In this document: piece after piece, positions 27,602 to 36,283 of the stretch | How positions within the stretch are numbered: position 1 is the stretch's first letter | How the letters are laid out: every line of letters starts with the position of its first letter | Sequence record: NC_042098.1 | DNA length: 64,000 bases | Direction: 5' to 3' (one strand) | Notes under the pieces: generated by a model | Databases searched by the model: none | Told to the model about the DNA's origin: nothing | What the model saw: the letters and a program-made list of their open reading frames with translations, nothing else | Made by a program: the position numbers and the translations under genes

Positions 27602-27907
27602 ATGTGTAACATGCGATCGGATTGGTTTGTAGAAGACGAACCATCCATGCAGGAAAGTGATCCGCATTTCGATAACCACGCGATGGATGGCTTGATGGCA
27701 AAGATCCGTGACTTTGTTAAAGAGAGCGATGCAGCGACGTATGTGCCTCAGGCACTGTTTGGCGAAGCGGGTAAAGTCAACTTATCCAAAGTGGCAGCAG
27801 TAACCCGTCCGGTCGATCACCTCATTACCCTGAACCCAGTGGCCAATGACGGTGATGTGTATCTGGACTTCGCGCGAGGGAAGCGGCGTGGATACAAACC
27901 CCACTGA
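27602..27907 (+). CDS. Hypothetical protein
   Basis: AGGAG SD; ends RGKRRGYKPH. Confidence 0.7.
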   Translation: MCNMRSDWFVEDEPSMQESDPHFDNHAMDGLMAKIRDFVKESDAATYVPQALFGEAGKVNLSKVAAVTRPVDHLITLNPVANDGDVYLDFARGKRRGYKPH

Positions 27908-28118
27908 AGTTAACATCGAGCAGGCCAATCGTTATGAGGGGTCTACCGATGATTTGGTCCAGCAAGCTAATGATCGTGGTTTTCTCCAGGGGATTCGTAT
28001 CACTTCTGGCGAGGACATCGATCCAAGCATTTGGACACCTGAGAAGATCGAAAAGTTGAAAGCTGCACTTCGACATATTCGTGACTCAGAACAACGCATC
28101 AAAGGTAGCCAGGGGTAA
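27888..28118 (+). CDS. Small hypothetical protein
   Basis: GTG at 27888 preceded by GAGGGA; overlaps the upstream stop region. Confidence 0.5.
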   Translation: MDTNPTEVNIEQANRYEGSTDDLVQQANDRGFLQGIRITSGEDIDPSIWTPEKIEKLKAALRHIRDSEQRIKGSQG

Positions 28119-28136
28119 CACCCTGGCTTTATGCCG
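28107..28136 (+). terminator. Hairpin + TTATGCCG element
   Basis: AGCCAGGG-gtaaca-CCCTGGCT followed by TTATGCCG (28129-28136). Confidence 0.7.
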
Positions 28137-28156
28137 GTTTAACGAGGACGTGTAAC

Positions 28157-28612
28157 ATGGAATCGAGCGGTTTGATTACGCTGGCAATGGTCTTTTTAAC
28201 CTTCGTCATTGGGTTATGTTGTTGGCTGACGCGTTTCATACGCTATCACACCAACCGCTACACCGTTGACACCAAGAAGGCGTTAAAGCAATTTGCCTGT
28301 AAGCTTGAAAGAGTACTGGATGTCCCGCAGCCGTATTCGCTGGCACAAAGCGAAATGACAAGGCTGGATAATGAACTGAACGCTTCTCTCTTCCTCTTTG
28401 AAGAGATCACAGGGAAGATCCACGATGAAACCAGTCGACTGTACCTGGAGTCAAGTTTCATGGTGGTGCGCGGCACTCAACACGATACCCCGATTCGTAT
28501 CTGTGTGGCGAACACAATCTTCAGCCTGTCAACGACTAACCACAATCACCACAGCGTCATGAAGGTCATCAACGACTTTAATAACCGCTTGGCTAAAATT
28601 GTAGAAAGTTAA
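28157..28612 (+). CDS. Putative membrane-anchored protein
   Basis: GAGGA SD; N-terminal TM segment GLITLAMVFLTFVIGLCCWL. Confidence 0.7.
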   Translation: MESSGLITLAMVFLTFVIGLCCWLTRFIRYHTNRYTVDTKKALKQFACKLERVLDVPQPYSLAQSEMTRLDNELNASLFLFEEITGKIHDETSRLYLESSFMVVRGTQHDTPIRICVANTIFSLSTTNHNHHSVMKVINDFNNRLAKIVES

Positions 28613-28618
28613 GCACAG

Positions 28619-28649
28619 AAAAACTCAGACCTATATCACGCCCGTGATA
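28619..28649 (+). promoter_or_regulatory. Candidate early phage promoter, copy 3
   Basis: AAAAACTCAGACCTATATcACgcccgTGATA. Confidence 0.7.
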
Positions 28650-28687
28650 GACCCCTCAACCCCCATTAATCTTAAGTGAGTTCAATC

Positions 28688-29128
28688 ATGAAATACGTTT
28701 ACACTATTATCGCTGTTCTTGGTTTCTCTTTTGTGTCTGTTGCAGTTGCTGCAGATCAAACCAAAGTGGTGAAAGGCTGGTACGCCGAATACAACACGGC
28801 TTCGGTCCTGTATTCTGCTGGGCCAAAGAAAGGACAAGAATTGACTATGGAATGTGTATTAGGTGGTTGGACGTTTGCGTATGCAGACAAGATGGGCGAG
28901 GAAGTAAACTCGGTCGATGATGACATGACAATCCTGGTCGACGGTGCAGCGTTTGCTGTGCCGAAGACGCAGAGTCAACGTGAGAAGTTATACGCCGCCA
29001 TTCAGCATGCTAAGAGTGGTATTCAATACAAAACCCACGCCTATGGTGCGTCGGTAGTATTCCCAGTGGATGGCTTGGCCGAGATGTTTCGTGACCTGCC
29101 GTTTGAAGTCAGCCCGTGCATGAGCTAA
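28688..29128 (+). CDS. Putative Sec-exported (periplasmic) protein
   Basis: MKYVYTIIAVLGFSFVSVAVAA: basic n-region, hydrophobic h-region and an AxA cleavage site. Confidence 0.7.
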   Translation: MKYVYTIIAVLGFSFVSVAVAADQTKVVKGWYAEYNTASVLYSAGPKKGQELTMECVLGGWTFAYADKMGEEVNSVDDDMTILVDGAAFAVPKTQSQREKLYAAIQHAKSGIQYKTHAYGASVVFPVDGLAEMFRDLPFEVSPCMS

Positions 29129-29141
29129 AAGGAAAACAATT

Positions 29142-29843
29142 GTGATGGCCCCTACCAAACAAATTAAACGCAGCTACCGTCTGATCAAAGTGACTGCCGA
29201 TGTAACACGGGATAACTGGGTCGGGAAAGATATCGACTTCATTGTTCAGCCCAATAAAGACATGATCGACGACACCACACGTGGTGGGCCTAATCGCCTG
29301 CTCGCGACATACATCGTGCTGGGTAACCGTATTCCTGTAACCGTTAACAGCCATGCGACCATTACCCGGGAAGAAGGCTTGCAGGATCTGCAGGTCAGTA
29401 TTGTCGATGGTCAGTCAAACTACATTGACATCAGTAATGTGCGTTACGTCGTGTCGTGTGAGTTAGAAGAGCACTTCACCTACACTCCACCAAAAGAACC
29501 TTCGCTACTTGATCAGCTGGTTGGCGGACCAATGGGTGACCCAACCCATATGTTCATTATCGATGAAAACTATAACGTCTTTGTCGGCACAACGAACGAT
29601 TCACAGGAAGATTATACCTTGGCTGGTCGTCTGGTCAGTAACCTCGGTTCTCATGATGCTGAAGTTAATGATTTGGAGATTATCGGCAGTTATCCTGATG
29701 ACCAAGGTGACCACTACTACGTCTCCATTGACTGGAACAAGTCATTTATTTCCGGGATTTCCAACAACGAGAAATGCGAATGGTTTAACCAACTCGATGC
29801 ACTGGTAGCAATGTTGCTGGAAAAGATTAAAGTTACAGTGTAA
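29142..29843 (+). CDS. Hypothetical protein
   Basis: AAGGA SD; 233 aa. Confidence 0.75.
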   Translation: MMAPTKQIKRSYRLIKVTADVTRDNWVGKDIDFIVQPNKDMIDDTTRGGPNRLLATYIVLGNRIPVTVNSHATITREEGLQDLQVSIVDGQSNYIDISNVRYVVSCELEEHFTYTPPKEPSLLDQLVGGPMGDPTHMFIIDENYNVFVGTTNDSQEDYTLAGRLVSNLGSHDAEVNDLEIIGSYPDDQGDHYYVSIDWNKSFISGISNNEKCEWFNQLDALVAMLLEKIKVTV

Positions 29844-29851
29844 GTAATATC

Positions 29852-29884
29852 AGGCAGGGGGACTACTCTCTGCCTTTATTTTTT
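29852..29884 (+). terminator. Intrinsic terminator
   Basis: AGGCAGGGG-gactac-TCTCTGCCT followed by TTATTTTTT. Confidence 0.7.
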
Positions 29885-29955
29885 GTGGTATTCTGCCACA
29901 GAAAACTACTGGCCATACTACCAGTGGTATTCACTCAATAGACTGCGAGGAATAA

Positions 29956-30516
29956 ATGATGTTTGATAAAATTGAAGGATTGGCTGATGTGATCGAGCTG
30001 AAGTACGGCTTGCTTGATATCACCTATCACCGCGATAACGACAAAGACCTCTATGTCGATGTCTTTTATAAAGACACACGCTTGTCAAGCCGGCGTGACC
30101 TGACCGATGCCCTGGACTACGCTTATATCGGTGTGCGGTTGTGTAACCCTCAGTTCGGTGCCTGGTGTTACGGTGCTGAGCGTGAGTTGGTCATGTCGCA
30201 TTTAATGGACGCATTGAGAATGGTGGGTAAGCCTGCACCCAGGGCGGTTGAAGACTCACGGTTAAAGACAGGGATTCATCGTACCATTCAGCTGCTTGCC
30301 GAGAACGGTAACCTGCATCCGAAAGAGGATGATATCCGCATCACGATCCATCGTGCAGCACGAGTGGACTACGGTTCAACAGATACCATCGAAACAACCA
30401 TCAGCATGACCAACCACGATATTACTATTAGTAAGCGACGGATTGAGTGTGTCAGTGGTGAGATGCGGGATTTACAAGCATGGGCGCGTAAGTTATATGC
30501 GAGACACTTTGAATAA
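29956..30516 (+). CDS. Hypothetical protein
   Basis: GAGGA SD; 186 aa. Confidence 0.75.
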   Translation: MMFDKIEGLADVIELKYGLLDITYHRDNDKDLYVDVFYKDTRLSSRRDLTDALDYAYIGVRLCNPQFGAWCYGAERELVMSHLMDALRMVGKPAPRAVEDSRLKTGIHRTIQLLAENGNLHPKEDDIRITIHRAARVDYGSTDTIETTISMTNHDITISKRRIECVSGEMRDLQAWARKLYARHFE

Positions 30517-30526
30517 CGAGGTAGCT

Positions 30527-30928
30527 ATGGGTAGTGCGTACTGTAAGGTTGTGGCAATCCACAGCATCTATGTACACAGTGCAGCGATGGAAGCGGTATC
30601 CGCTAAATACAGGAGCTGTTTTCGTTTGGCGTATAACTTTGTGAATGCTACGCAGTTAGCCCAACAGCTACGGCTTGCCGTGAAGAACAGCGAAATCCTG
30701 ATTGTCGATACCAGTGACTTTACTCGCCGGGCACTTAACAATCTTAATGAGCAGTTCTACTGCATCTATCCGGGTGAGGAACAACATTCCGATATGTCAA
30801 TCAAGCATCAGCGTAACTGTCGCATGACGCCTGACTGTATTCATATCGAAATTCAAAACCTCAGCGACTTTGAGCGCTTAAACTGGGAAGTTCGACCCGA
30901 TGCAGGGTTAAGGATATCACGCCGTTAG
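30527..30928 (+). CDS. Hypothetical protein
   Basis: GAGGT SD before the ATG at 30527. Confidence 0.65.
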   Translation: MGSAYCKVVAIHSIYVHSAAMEAVSAKYRSCFRLAYNFVNATQLAQQLRLAVKNSEILIVDTSDFTRRALNNLNEQFYCIYPGEEQHSDMSIKHQRNCRMTPDCIHIEIQNLSDFERLNWEVRPDAGLRISRR

Positions 30929-30930
30929 AA

Positions 30931-30969
30931 CGGCATATAGGCCCTCCGTAATGGAGGGCCTTTTATGAC
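30931..30969. terminator. Bidirectional hairpin with CGGCATAT (variant element)
   Basis: CGGCATAT-a-GGCCCTCC-gtaat-GGAGGGCC-TTTTATGAC, between convergent genes. Confidence 0.7.
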
Positions 30970-30992
30970 ATCTTTTTTTTTGGTTTACAGCG

Positions 30993-31439
30993 TTATACCA
31001 GGCGCTGAGTTAACTGCGAACTATATTGAATAGCGTGATAGGTCGCAGGTTTCTCAAGCTGCTCGGTGCAGCGGTAGACTGGGGTCTTCATAAAAGGACA
31101 ACCGGCATTCATTAATGCCTCACGGTTGCTGGGTGACTCATCAACGCGAATCACCACATCCGTGGACTGGAAGCCAAAGACTTCCCGCTTCGTTGCAGTA
31201 TATTCTGCATCCAGCACCACGATCTTACGGTTGATCACCAGCTTCACGGCCACCGGGTATTTGATTACCAGGTCTGACCCTAAGCCCGCCAAGACAAACT
31301 TAATGACAAACTTCTTAAGTCCATTTAGCAACTGACTCTCACTGGCCCAACTTTTAACAATCTGCAGCATGTGTGTATTTCCACTCATATAAGGGGAAGT
31401 TAAGAAAAGCAACCTGAGGGTCCGTCCGTGATCCCTCAT
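30993..31439 (-). CDS. Hypothetical protein, last gene of the minus-strand late operon
   Basis: 148 aa; starts 7 nt after the upstream stop. Confidence 0.6.
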   Translation of the reverse strand: MRDHGRTLRLLFLTSPYMSGNTHMLQIVKSWASESQLLNGLKKFVIKFVLAGLGSDLVIKYPVAVKLVINRKIVVLDAEYTATKREVFGFQSTDVVIRVDESPSNREALMNAGCPFMKTPVYRCTEQLEKPATYHAIQYSSQLTQRLV

Positions 31440-31445
31440 AATGTA

Positions 31446-31917
31446 TTACTTCATACCGTCCAACTGCTTTTGAAGTTCCTTTAACTGACGGCTTGCATCC
31501 GGCGTCTCGGCGTCATGATCTCTGATCGCTTCAATAAACGACTTTCGTTTGCAATAAGGATACTTCATCCATTTATCAAATGACAAACCAAATTTGCCCA
31601 AGATATCCGCACGCAGATATTCGAGCTCATACTTTCGATACCCAACTAACGCCAGCGAGTCTTCCTGCTCGACCTGTAAGATTAACGAGAGCGGCGAGGT
31701 TTCCACGTTATGGTCAATAATCCCAAACGTGTCATCGTAAAGCTCTGTTAATCGAATTAGTGGATACTCCCAGTTCTCGGTAAGAAACGTGGGGTTTTCT
31801 AACGCGACATCCCAGGCATCGGACCGATCACTTTCGGACAGACCGAAATCCCAATGGATTAGATGTCGGCTTGATCGAACGTCTGATTCAGTGTATTCGT
31901 CATTAGGGTAAAAAAAA
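31446..31917 (-). CDS. -1 frame extension of the upstream chaperone-like gene (GT-like / gp51-like C-terminal part)
   Basis: Open -1 frame with no ATG until near its end, beginning at a T8 run. The C-terminal KFGLSFDKWMKYPY...FIE resembles chaperone-extension or gp51-type helices. Confidence 0.65.
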
Positions 31918-33478
31918 CCCGTGCTACGTTCAGCGGGGTGTACGCAGGGAAGGTGTTGCTCACCAGTGGTTGGCGCGCCTGGCAGTTCGGGCATTTCCAA
32001 CGCGGTACTGCGACCACACCGACTGTTACCCGGTTGATGAACTTGTTCAGCTCTTCAAAGAACGGTTTACGCATATCCGGGGTTGCACTGAATTGCTTCA
32101 GCAGCAGCGCCACGTCATCGGCCGACTCAACATAGTTGCCGTCGTTGAACTCGATCTTGGTCACCCAGTGGGCGTAACCGCGCATGGAGGACAGCGCTGC
32201 CTGTTTGTTGATGTGCTGCTCACGCTGCTCACGCGTCATGCTGTCGTTGAAGCTGTCGGTGATCGCTTGTTGAATGCCGTTGATCCAGGCATAACCCGCT
32301 GCATTCTTATCTTCGAGTGATGGCACCCGCAGATAGAACTTCACATCTTTCACAGTGATGACATTGTCTTTCATCACTTCAAAGCCGGTCTGATAGGCAA
32401 TGACCTGCTCGACGGTACGGCCGCTGAAGTGAGACATGTGCGCACGCTGGGTTGGTGACAGACGATTGTTGTCAATGATCGACAGACGAGAGACGTTAAC
32501 TTTCGCTGCTTCAACATGCACACACTTCTTCGGATCGGCGGCACAGGCAGTAACCATGTGGTAGCCAGACTTAAAGCGTGCGCCCAGGTAGGCGTTAGCG
32601 ATCAGATCGAGATCCTGCTCTTTGATTAACGGCAGCAGGGTTTTCTTATCGGAGACACCGATGCTGCTGTCAGTAACCATACCCAGCAGGAAGTCGGTCA
32701 TGTGCTTACGCACCACGACATCCAGGTTGTTAAACACCAGACCGTTGGTACGACGACCGAGGATCGCTTTCTCAGCCATGATGGCGGTTTGCATATCCAC
32801 AAACTCATCATCGCCGGCAATCAGCAACGTAACCCAGATACCAGAATGTGGCAGCGGCAGATGGACATAGTCACCCATGTTCATCACACCACGTGCCCGC
32901 ATCACTGCCTGTGGACCGGTCAGCAGTTTAGTGCCTTCGGTACTGCGCTTCACTGGCGGACGAGAAACACCCTGCACTTTGTTGCTGTCAAGCAGAATAC
33001 CCTGCAGCCACTGCGCGCCATCTTGACGAATGGTCAGGTTCAGACCAGAACGGTACGACAGGTTGGTGATGGCGTTACTGGCCAGGGATAGCCAGATCAT
33101 CGCTTTATCAGCACCGTACAGACTGACGATCTCTTTTAAGATCTTCTTGTCTTCGGTGTTGGTGTCGATCTCATTGATCAGCGCCGTCGCTGCATCGTAA
33201 TCCTGATGCATAATAGACAGCACACCTTCCGTGCCGACATCCTCCATGGAATTCAGCTTTTCAATGATCGGGTTCTGATAGAGCGGATCGAACGCCTGCT
33301 CAACGGCTTCAACTTCAGGTGCTTCAGCTTCACCCTGCTGGCCGGTTTCTGCTGGCTCGGGATCGGTGCCGATAGTACCAGTAGTCGCCGGACGACCTGG
33401 ATCAACTTCAGGGATACCAGAGTGGTTTTCTTCAACAGGCTCTTGCTGTGACAGAATGGATGGGTTATCACCGGACAT
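31859..33478 (-). CDS. Putative tail/baseplate assembly chaperone (phiKZ gp77 position; T4 gp26-like CxxC pattern)
   Basis: 539 aa with an acidic N-terminus, C..DP.KC and WKCPNC Zn-type motifs, and an AAGGA SD. Function is inferred. Confidence 0.55.
   Translation of the reverse strand: MSGDNPSILSQQEPVEENHSGIPEVDPGRPATTGTIGTDPEPAETGQQGEAEAPEVEAVEQAFDPLYQNPIIEKLNSMEDVGTEGVLSIMHQDYDAATALINEIDTNTEDKKILKEIVSLYGADKAMIWLSLASNAITNLSYRSGLNLTIRQDGAQWLQGILLDSNKVQGVSRPPVKRSTEGTKLLTGPQAVMRARGVMNMGDYVHLPLPHSGIWVTLLIAGDDEFVDMQTAIMAEKAILGRRTNGLVFNNLDVVVRKHMTDFLLGMVTDSSIGVSDKKTLLPLIKEQDLDLIANAYLGARFKSGYHMVTACAADPKKCVHVEAAKVNVSRLSIIDNNRLSPTQRAHMSHFSGRTVEQVIAYQTGFEVMKDNVITVKDVKFYLRVPSLEDKNAAGYAWINGIQQAITDSFNDSMTREQREQHINKQAALSSMRGYAHWVTKIEFNDGNYVESADDVALLLKQFSATPDMRKPFFEELNKFINRVTVGVVAVPRWKCPNCQARQPLVSNTFPAYTPLNVARVFFTLMTNTLNQTFDQADI
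31910..31917 (-). other. Candidate -1 ribosomal frameshift site (T TTT TTT)
   Basis: Minus strand reads CGG GTT TTT TTT ACC. The -1 frame reads TTT TTT TAC CCT and stays open for 154 codons. Confidence 0.7.
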
Positions 33479-33495
33479 TATGCTTATCCTTACCT

Positions 33496-33963
33496 TTACT
33501 TTTTAGTGGGGTCGACCTGAACCGGGTCATTGAGTTTGCTTACTGCGCCAGCGGCAACCGCGTTAGCATGGGCGCTGTCTGACATGGTCAGAATGGCAGC
33601 ACCGTGACGCTGCATCGCATCCAGCAATTTACTTTGCAGGACGATGTATTGTTCGTGCACACTGAGGAAGTCAGCGATGGTGCTGTCATGCAAGGCATAA
33701 CCGGTTTTGCCTTGATGCTGCTGCTTGATCATCGGCAGTGTTTCATCGATCTCTTTGACTACAGCCAGCGCCGCTTCGATGTGCGAGCTTAACGCAGAGG
33801 GGTTTGGCTGAAAGCGAATGATGTTGGTGTTGACGGCCATGAGGCAAGTATTGCTCAGCTCATTGCGCAAATTAATCGTATAAGTTGCCGCAGAATCCAG
33901 GTACTCCCAGAACTGATCGGGCTGATGGACCTCTGGTGCGAGAGGCGGTTCATTGGTTGACAT
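33496..33963 (-). CDS. Hypothetical protein, first gene of the minus-strand late operon
   Basis: AAGGA SD; 155 aa, helical. Confidence 0.75.
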   Translation of the reverse strand: MSTNEPPLAPEVHQPDQFWEYLDSAATYTINLRNELSNTCLMAVNTNIIRFQPNPSALSSHIEAALAVVKEIDETLPMIKQQHQGKTGYALHDSTIADFLSVHEQYIVLQSKLLDAMQRHGAAILTMSDSAHANAVAAGAVSKLNDPVQVDPTKK

Positions 33964-33993
33964 AACGGGTCCTTGAGGTGATTTATCTTGTGG

Positions 33994-34005
33994 CTTACAT
34001 ATATT
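33994..34005 (-). promoter_or_regulatory. Candidate late promoter (TATG core)
   Basis: Minus strand AATATATGTAAG, about 35 nt upstream of the start at 33963. Confidence 0.4.
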
Positions 34006-34055
34006 GACACTACTAATGTCAACAATTACAACGTTTATACGGAAAAGGCACGGTC

Positions 34056-34967
34056 ATGAGTGATTTTACTGACTTAACGAAATTGAAGACCGAATTACCA
34101 CAAAACATCCAAAAGATTGATGAGCAGGATGATGTGGGTGACTTCAGCGATCTTAACGACTACCTCATGACCATCATTCCGGATGAACGGCGTGAGCGCT
34201 TGATCGCGATCTGTCAAAACTTGAGTACCCTGCAGTATCATCAAGTCCAGCCCGATGTGGATCGGTTACTAATGATGGCTAACGACGGTGAAGCGCCGTC
34301 GGTGCTCGATGACTTGACCCGGTTGTTATTTGAACACGCTTATGACTTAACGAAAAACATGGGTTTTAACTGGGCCGATGAGATTGAGTTTGATCAGCTG
34401 TTCCTGCTCGGTGATGTAATCGAAGGTGCCATGTTGATTGATGGCATGGAAGACTACGGCGACCTCTCAGCGATCCTGGATGGGGATGACTCAGTTGAAG
34501 AGAAGGTGGTGGATATCTGGGGCCAGGTGCTCGACAAAGACATGCACCATCTCTTTGAACAGATCCAGTCCATCGAACCGGCGGTGATCAGCGGGATCAA
34601 ACAAGTCACGACCCGACCGTATGCCGAAGACGATTATGCAGATGTGCAGCGTCCACTTGAGTTTGTGGTTGAGCGGTTGGTGAAAGTCCGTGAAATGATG
34701 AAGACCGATGGCGTTGCTTACCAGCATGTGGCCAAGGGCGGGGCATTAGGCGTTGAGCTCGATTCACTGATCACGCTCTACACCCCTGAGTTGAATGCCG
34801 TGACCGATCCGATCGAACTGACCGACCTGCTGGTTGCCTTTACCCTGATCAGCAACACCCCAGATGGTTTGGTGAAATCCACCGCATCCCGGCTGGCAGA
34901 AAAATGGATTGATGATATCGAAGTCATCAATGTGGTAGGTAAACATATCGACAGGTATCCCGTGTGA
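34056..34967 (+). CDS. Conserved acidic protein (phiKZ gp79 position)
   Basis: 303 aa; 4-nt overlap with the vRNAP gene. Assigned from synteny. Confidence 0.6.
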   Translation: MSDFTDLTKLKTELPQNIQKIDEQDDVGDFSDLNDYLMTIIPDERRERLIAICQNLSTLQYHQVQPDVDRLLMMANDGEAPSVLDDLTRLLFEHAYDLTKNMGFNWADEIEFDQLFLLGDVIEGAMLIDGMEDYGDLSAILDGDDSVEEKVVDIWGQVLDKDMHHLFEQIQSIEPAVISGIKQVTTRPYAEDDYADVQRPLEFVVERLVKVREMMKTDGVAYQHVAKGGALGVELDSLITLYTPELNAVTDPIELTDLLVAFTLISNTPDGLVKSTASRLAEKWIDDIEVINVVGKHIDRYPV

Positions 34968-36274
34968 ATATTCGCGACTATTTAATCATGGCCTTTCGGG
35001 CAGGGGCTTACAAGCAACGCCAGTGGGTGTTGAGTGTCATGAGTATCACCCAGACCCCGGATGGTAAATCCGTAGCAGACAGTATGATCCCGTATCAGGC
35101 ACACCGCATCAACATCGGTGCGACACTCGACTGGGCTTACTGGGATGACTTCAACAAAACCTTTGTGCCGATTGAGGGAGTGGATGTTAACTTCCCGTTG
35201 TTTCGACCCGAGGATCAATACACACTACAACCTGGGGATTTCGCCAATGTCACTGAAGAAGTTACTACTACTTTCGGCCGTATTCTGGCTAACCATTATT
35301 ATTTTATCGATGTGGTCGGTGAACGTGTCCCCTTTCAGAACGTAGAATTCAACCGCGGGATGCTGGAGAAGATCTACAAGGCCCGGGTATTAGAAGACGC
35401 CCAGGACTTGCGGCGTTCTGATCCGTTCTACCTGACCGTCGATGAATTCAAACGCTCCGTGGATAATGGCTTTGCCTTGGGTGGGTTGTCGAAACTTTGT
35501 GTACCGACTGCCTGTCCGGAAACCATGTATCCGCCGAAGTTCATCATCGAGATGCGTGACCGTCTGTTTGAAGAACACAAGGATGAGCTCAACAACCCGG
35601 TCGTCATGGGGCGTATTCAGGATGAGCTGTTAAAGCACTACCGTGAGTTCCTGATGTCCACCCCGTCAGCCAAGTTCTTTGTGATCAAGAAGACCATCGA
35701 CCAGGCCTTCAACAACATGTTCCTGACCGGCGGTATTGCGGGGGCTTTTGGCGGTAACACTGTTATTACCAACTCGCTGTACGAAGGCTGGAACCTGAAG
35801 AACTTCCCGGCGTTAGTGAATGGCTCTATCGAAGCTTCCTTTGACCGTGGTGCGGCTACAGCCGACGGTGGTGAGAAAGTGAAGATGTTGATCCGTGCCA
35901 CGCAGAACATCCGTATCACCGATGATGATTGCGGCACCCAGCTCGGGGTACCGTGGGTGATTGAAGATGCCGGCAAGGCACGCTTCATTAACTCTTACAT
36001 ACTGGATAAGGGTGTGACGATTCTGTTAACTCCGGAGAACATTGATAAGTTCGTCGGTAAGCCGGTCATGACCCGTTCACCCAGCTTCTGTAAGAAATCC
36101 CATGGCGACTCCTGTAAGTTCTGCGTCGGTGCGCATAACGCCACCAACCCACGCGGGATGTCTTCCGGTACCTCGAAGATCGGTTCTACCCTGATGTTGT
36201 TATCGATGAAAGCGATGCATAAAGGCAGTAAGATCGATCTGATCGAGTATAACCTTGATGAGGTCTTTAACTGA
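34964..36274 (+). CDS. rpoC: Virion RNA polymerase beta' C-terminal subunit (phiKZ gp80-like)
   Basis: RGA.TADGG..VK, DDCGT, RSPSFCK....CKFC.G and GS.LML.SMKAMH beta' bridge-helix, Zn and trigger-loop motifs. Confidence 0.88.
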   Translation: MNIRDYLIMAFRAGAYKQRQWVLSVMSITQTPDGKSVADSMIPYQAHRINIGATLDWAYWDDFNKTFVPIEGVDVNFPLFRPEDQYTLQPGDFANVTEEVTTTFGRILANHYYFIDVVGERVPFQNVEFNRGMLEKIYKARVLEDAQDLRRSDPFYLTVDEFKRSVDNGFALGGLSKLCVPTACPETMYPPKFIIEMRDRLFEEHKDELNNPVVMGRIQDELLKHYREFLMSTPSAKFFVIKKTIDQAFNNMFLTGGIAGAFGGNTVITNSLYEGWNLKNFPALVNGSIEASFDRGAATADGGEKVKMLIRATQNIRITDDDCGTQLGVPWVIEDAGKARFINSYILDKGVTILLTPENIDKFVGKPVMTRSPSFCKKSHGDSCKFCVGAHNATNPRGMSSGTSKIGSTLMLLSMKAMHKGSKIDLIEYNLDEVFN

Positions 36275-36283
36275 GGATATCTG

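Noticed and set aside
31970-32000. Independent start (track MEMPELPG) for the 31446-32000 ORF
   Set aside because: It is a TTG inside the conserved WKCPNC coding region with no SD. The -1 frameshift explains the ORF better, though an independent start is not formally excluded.
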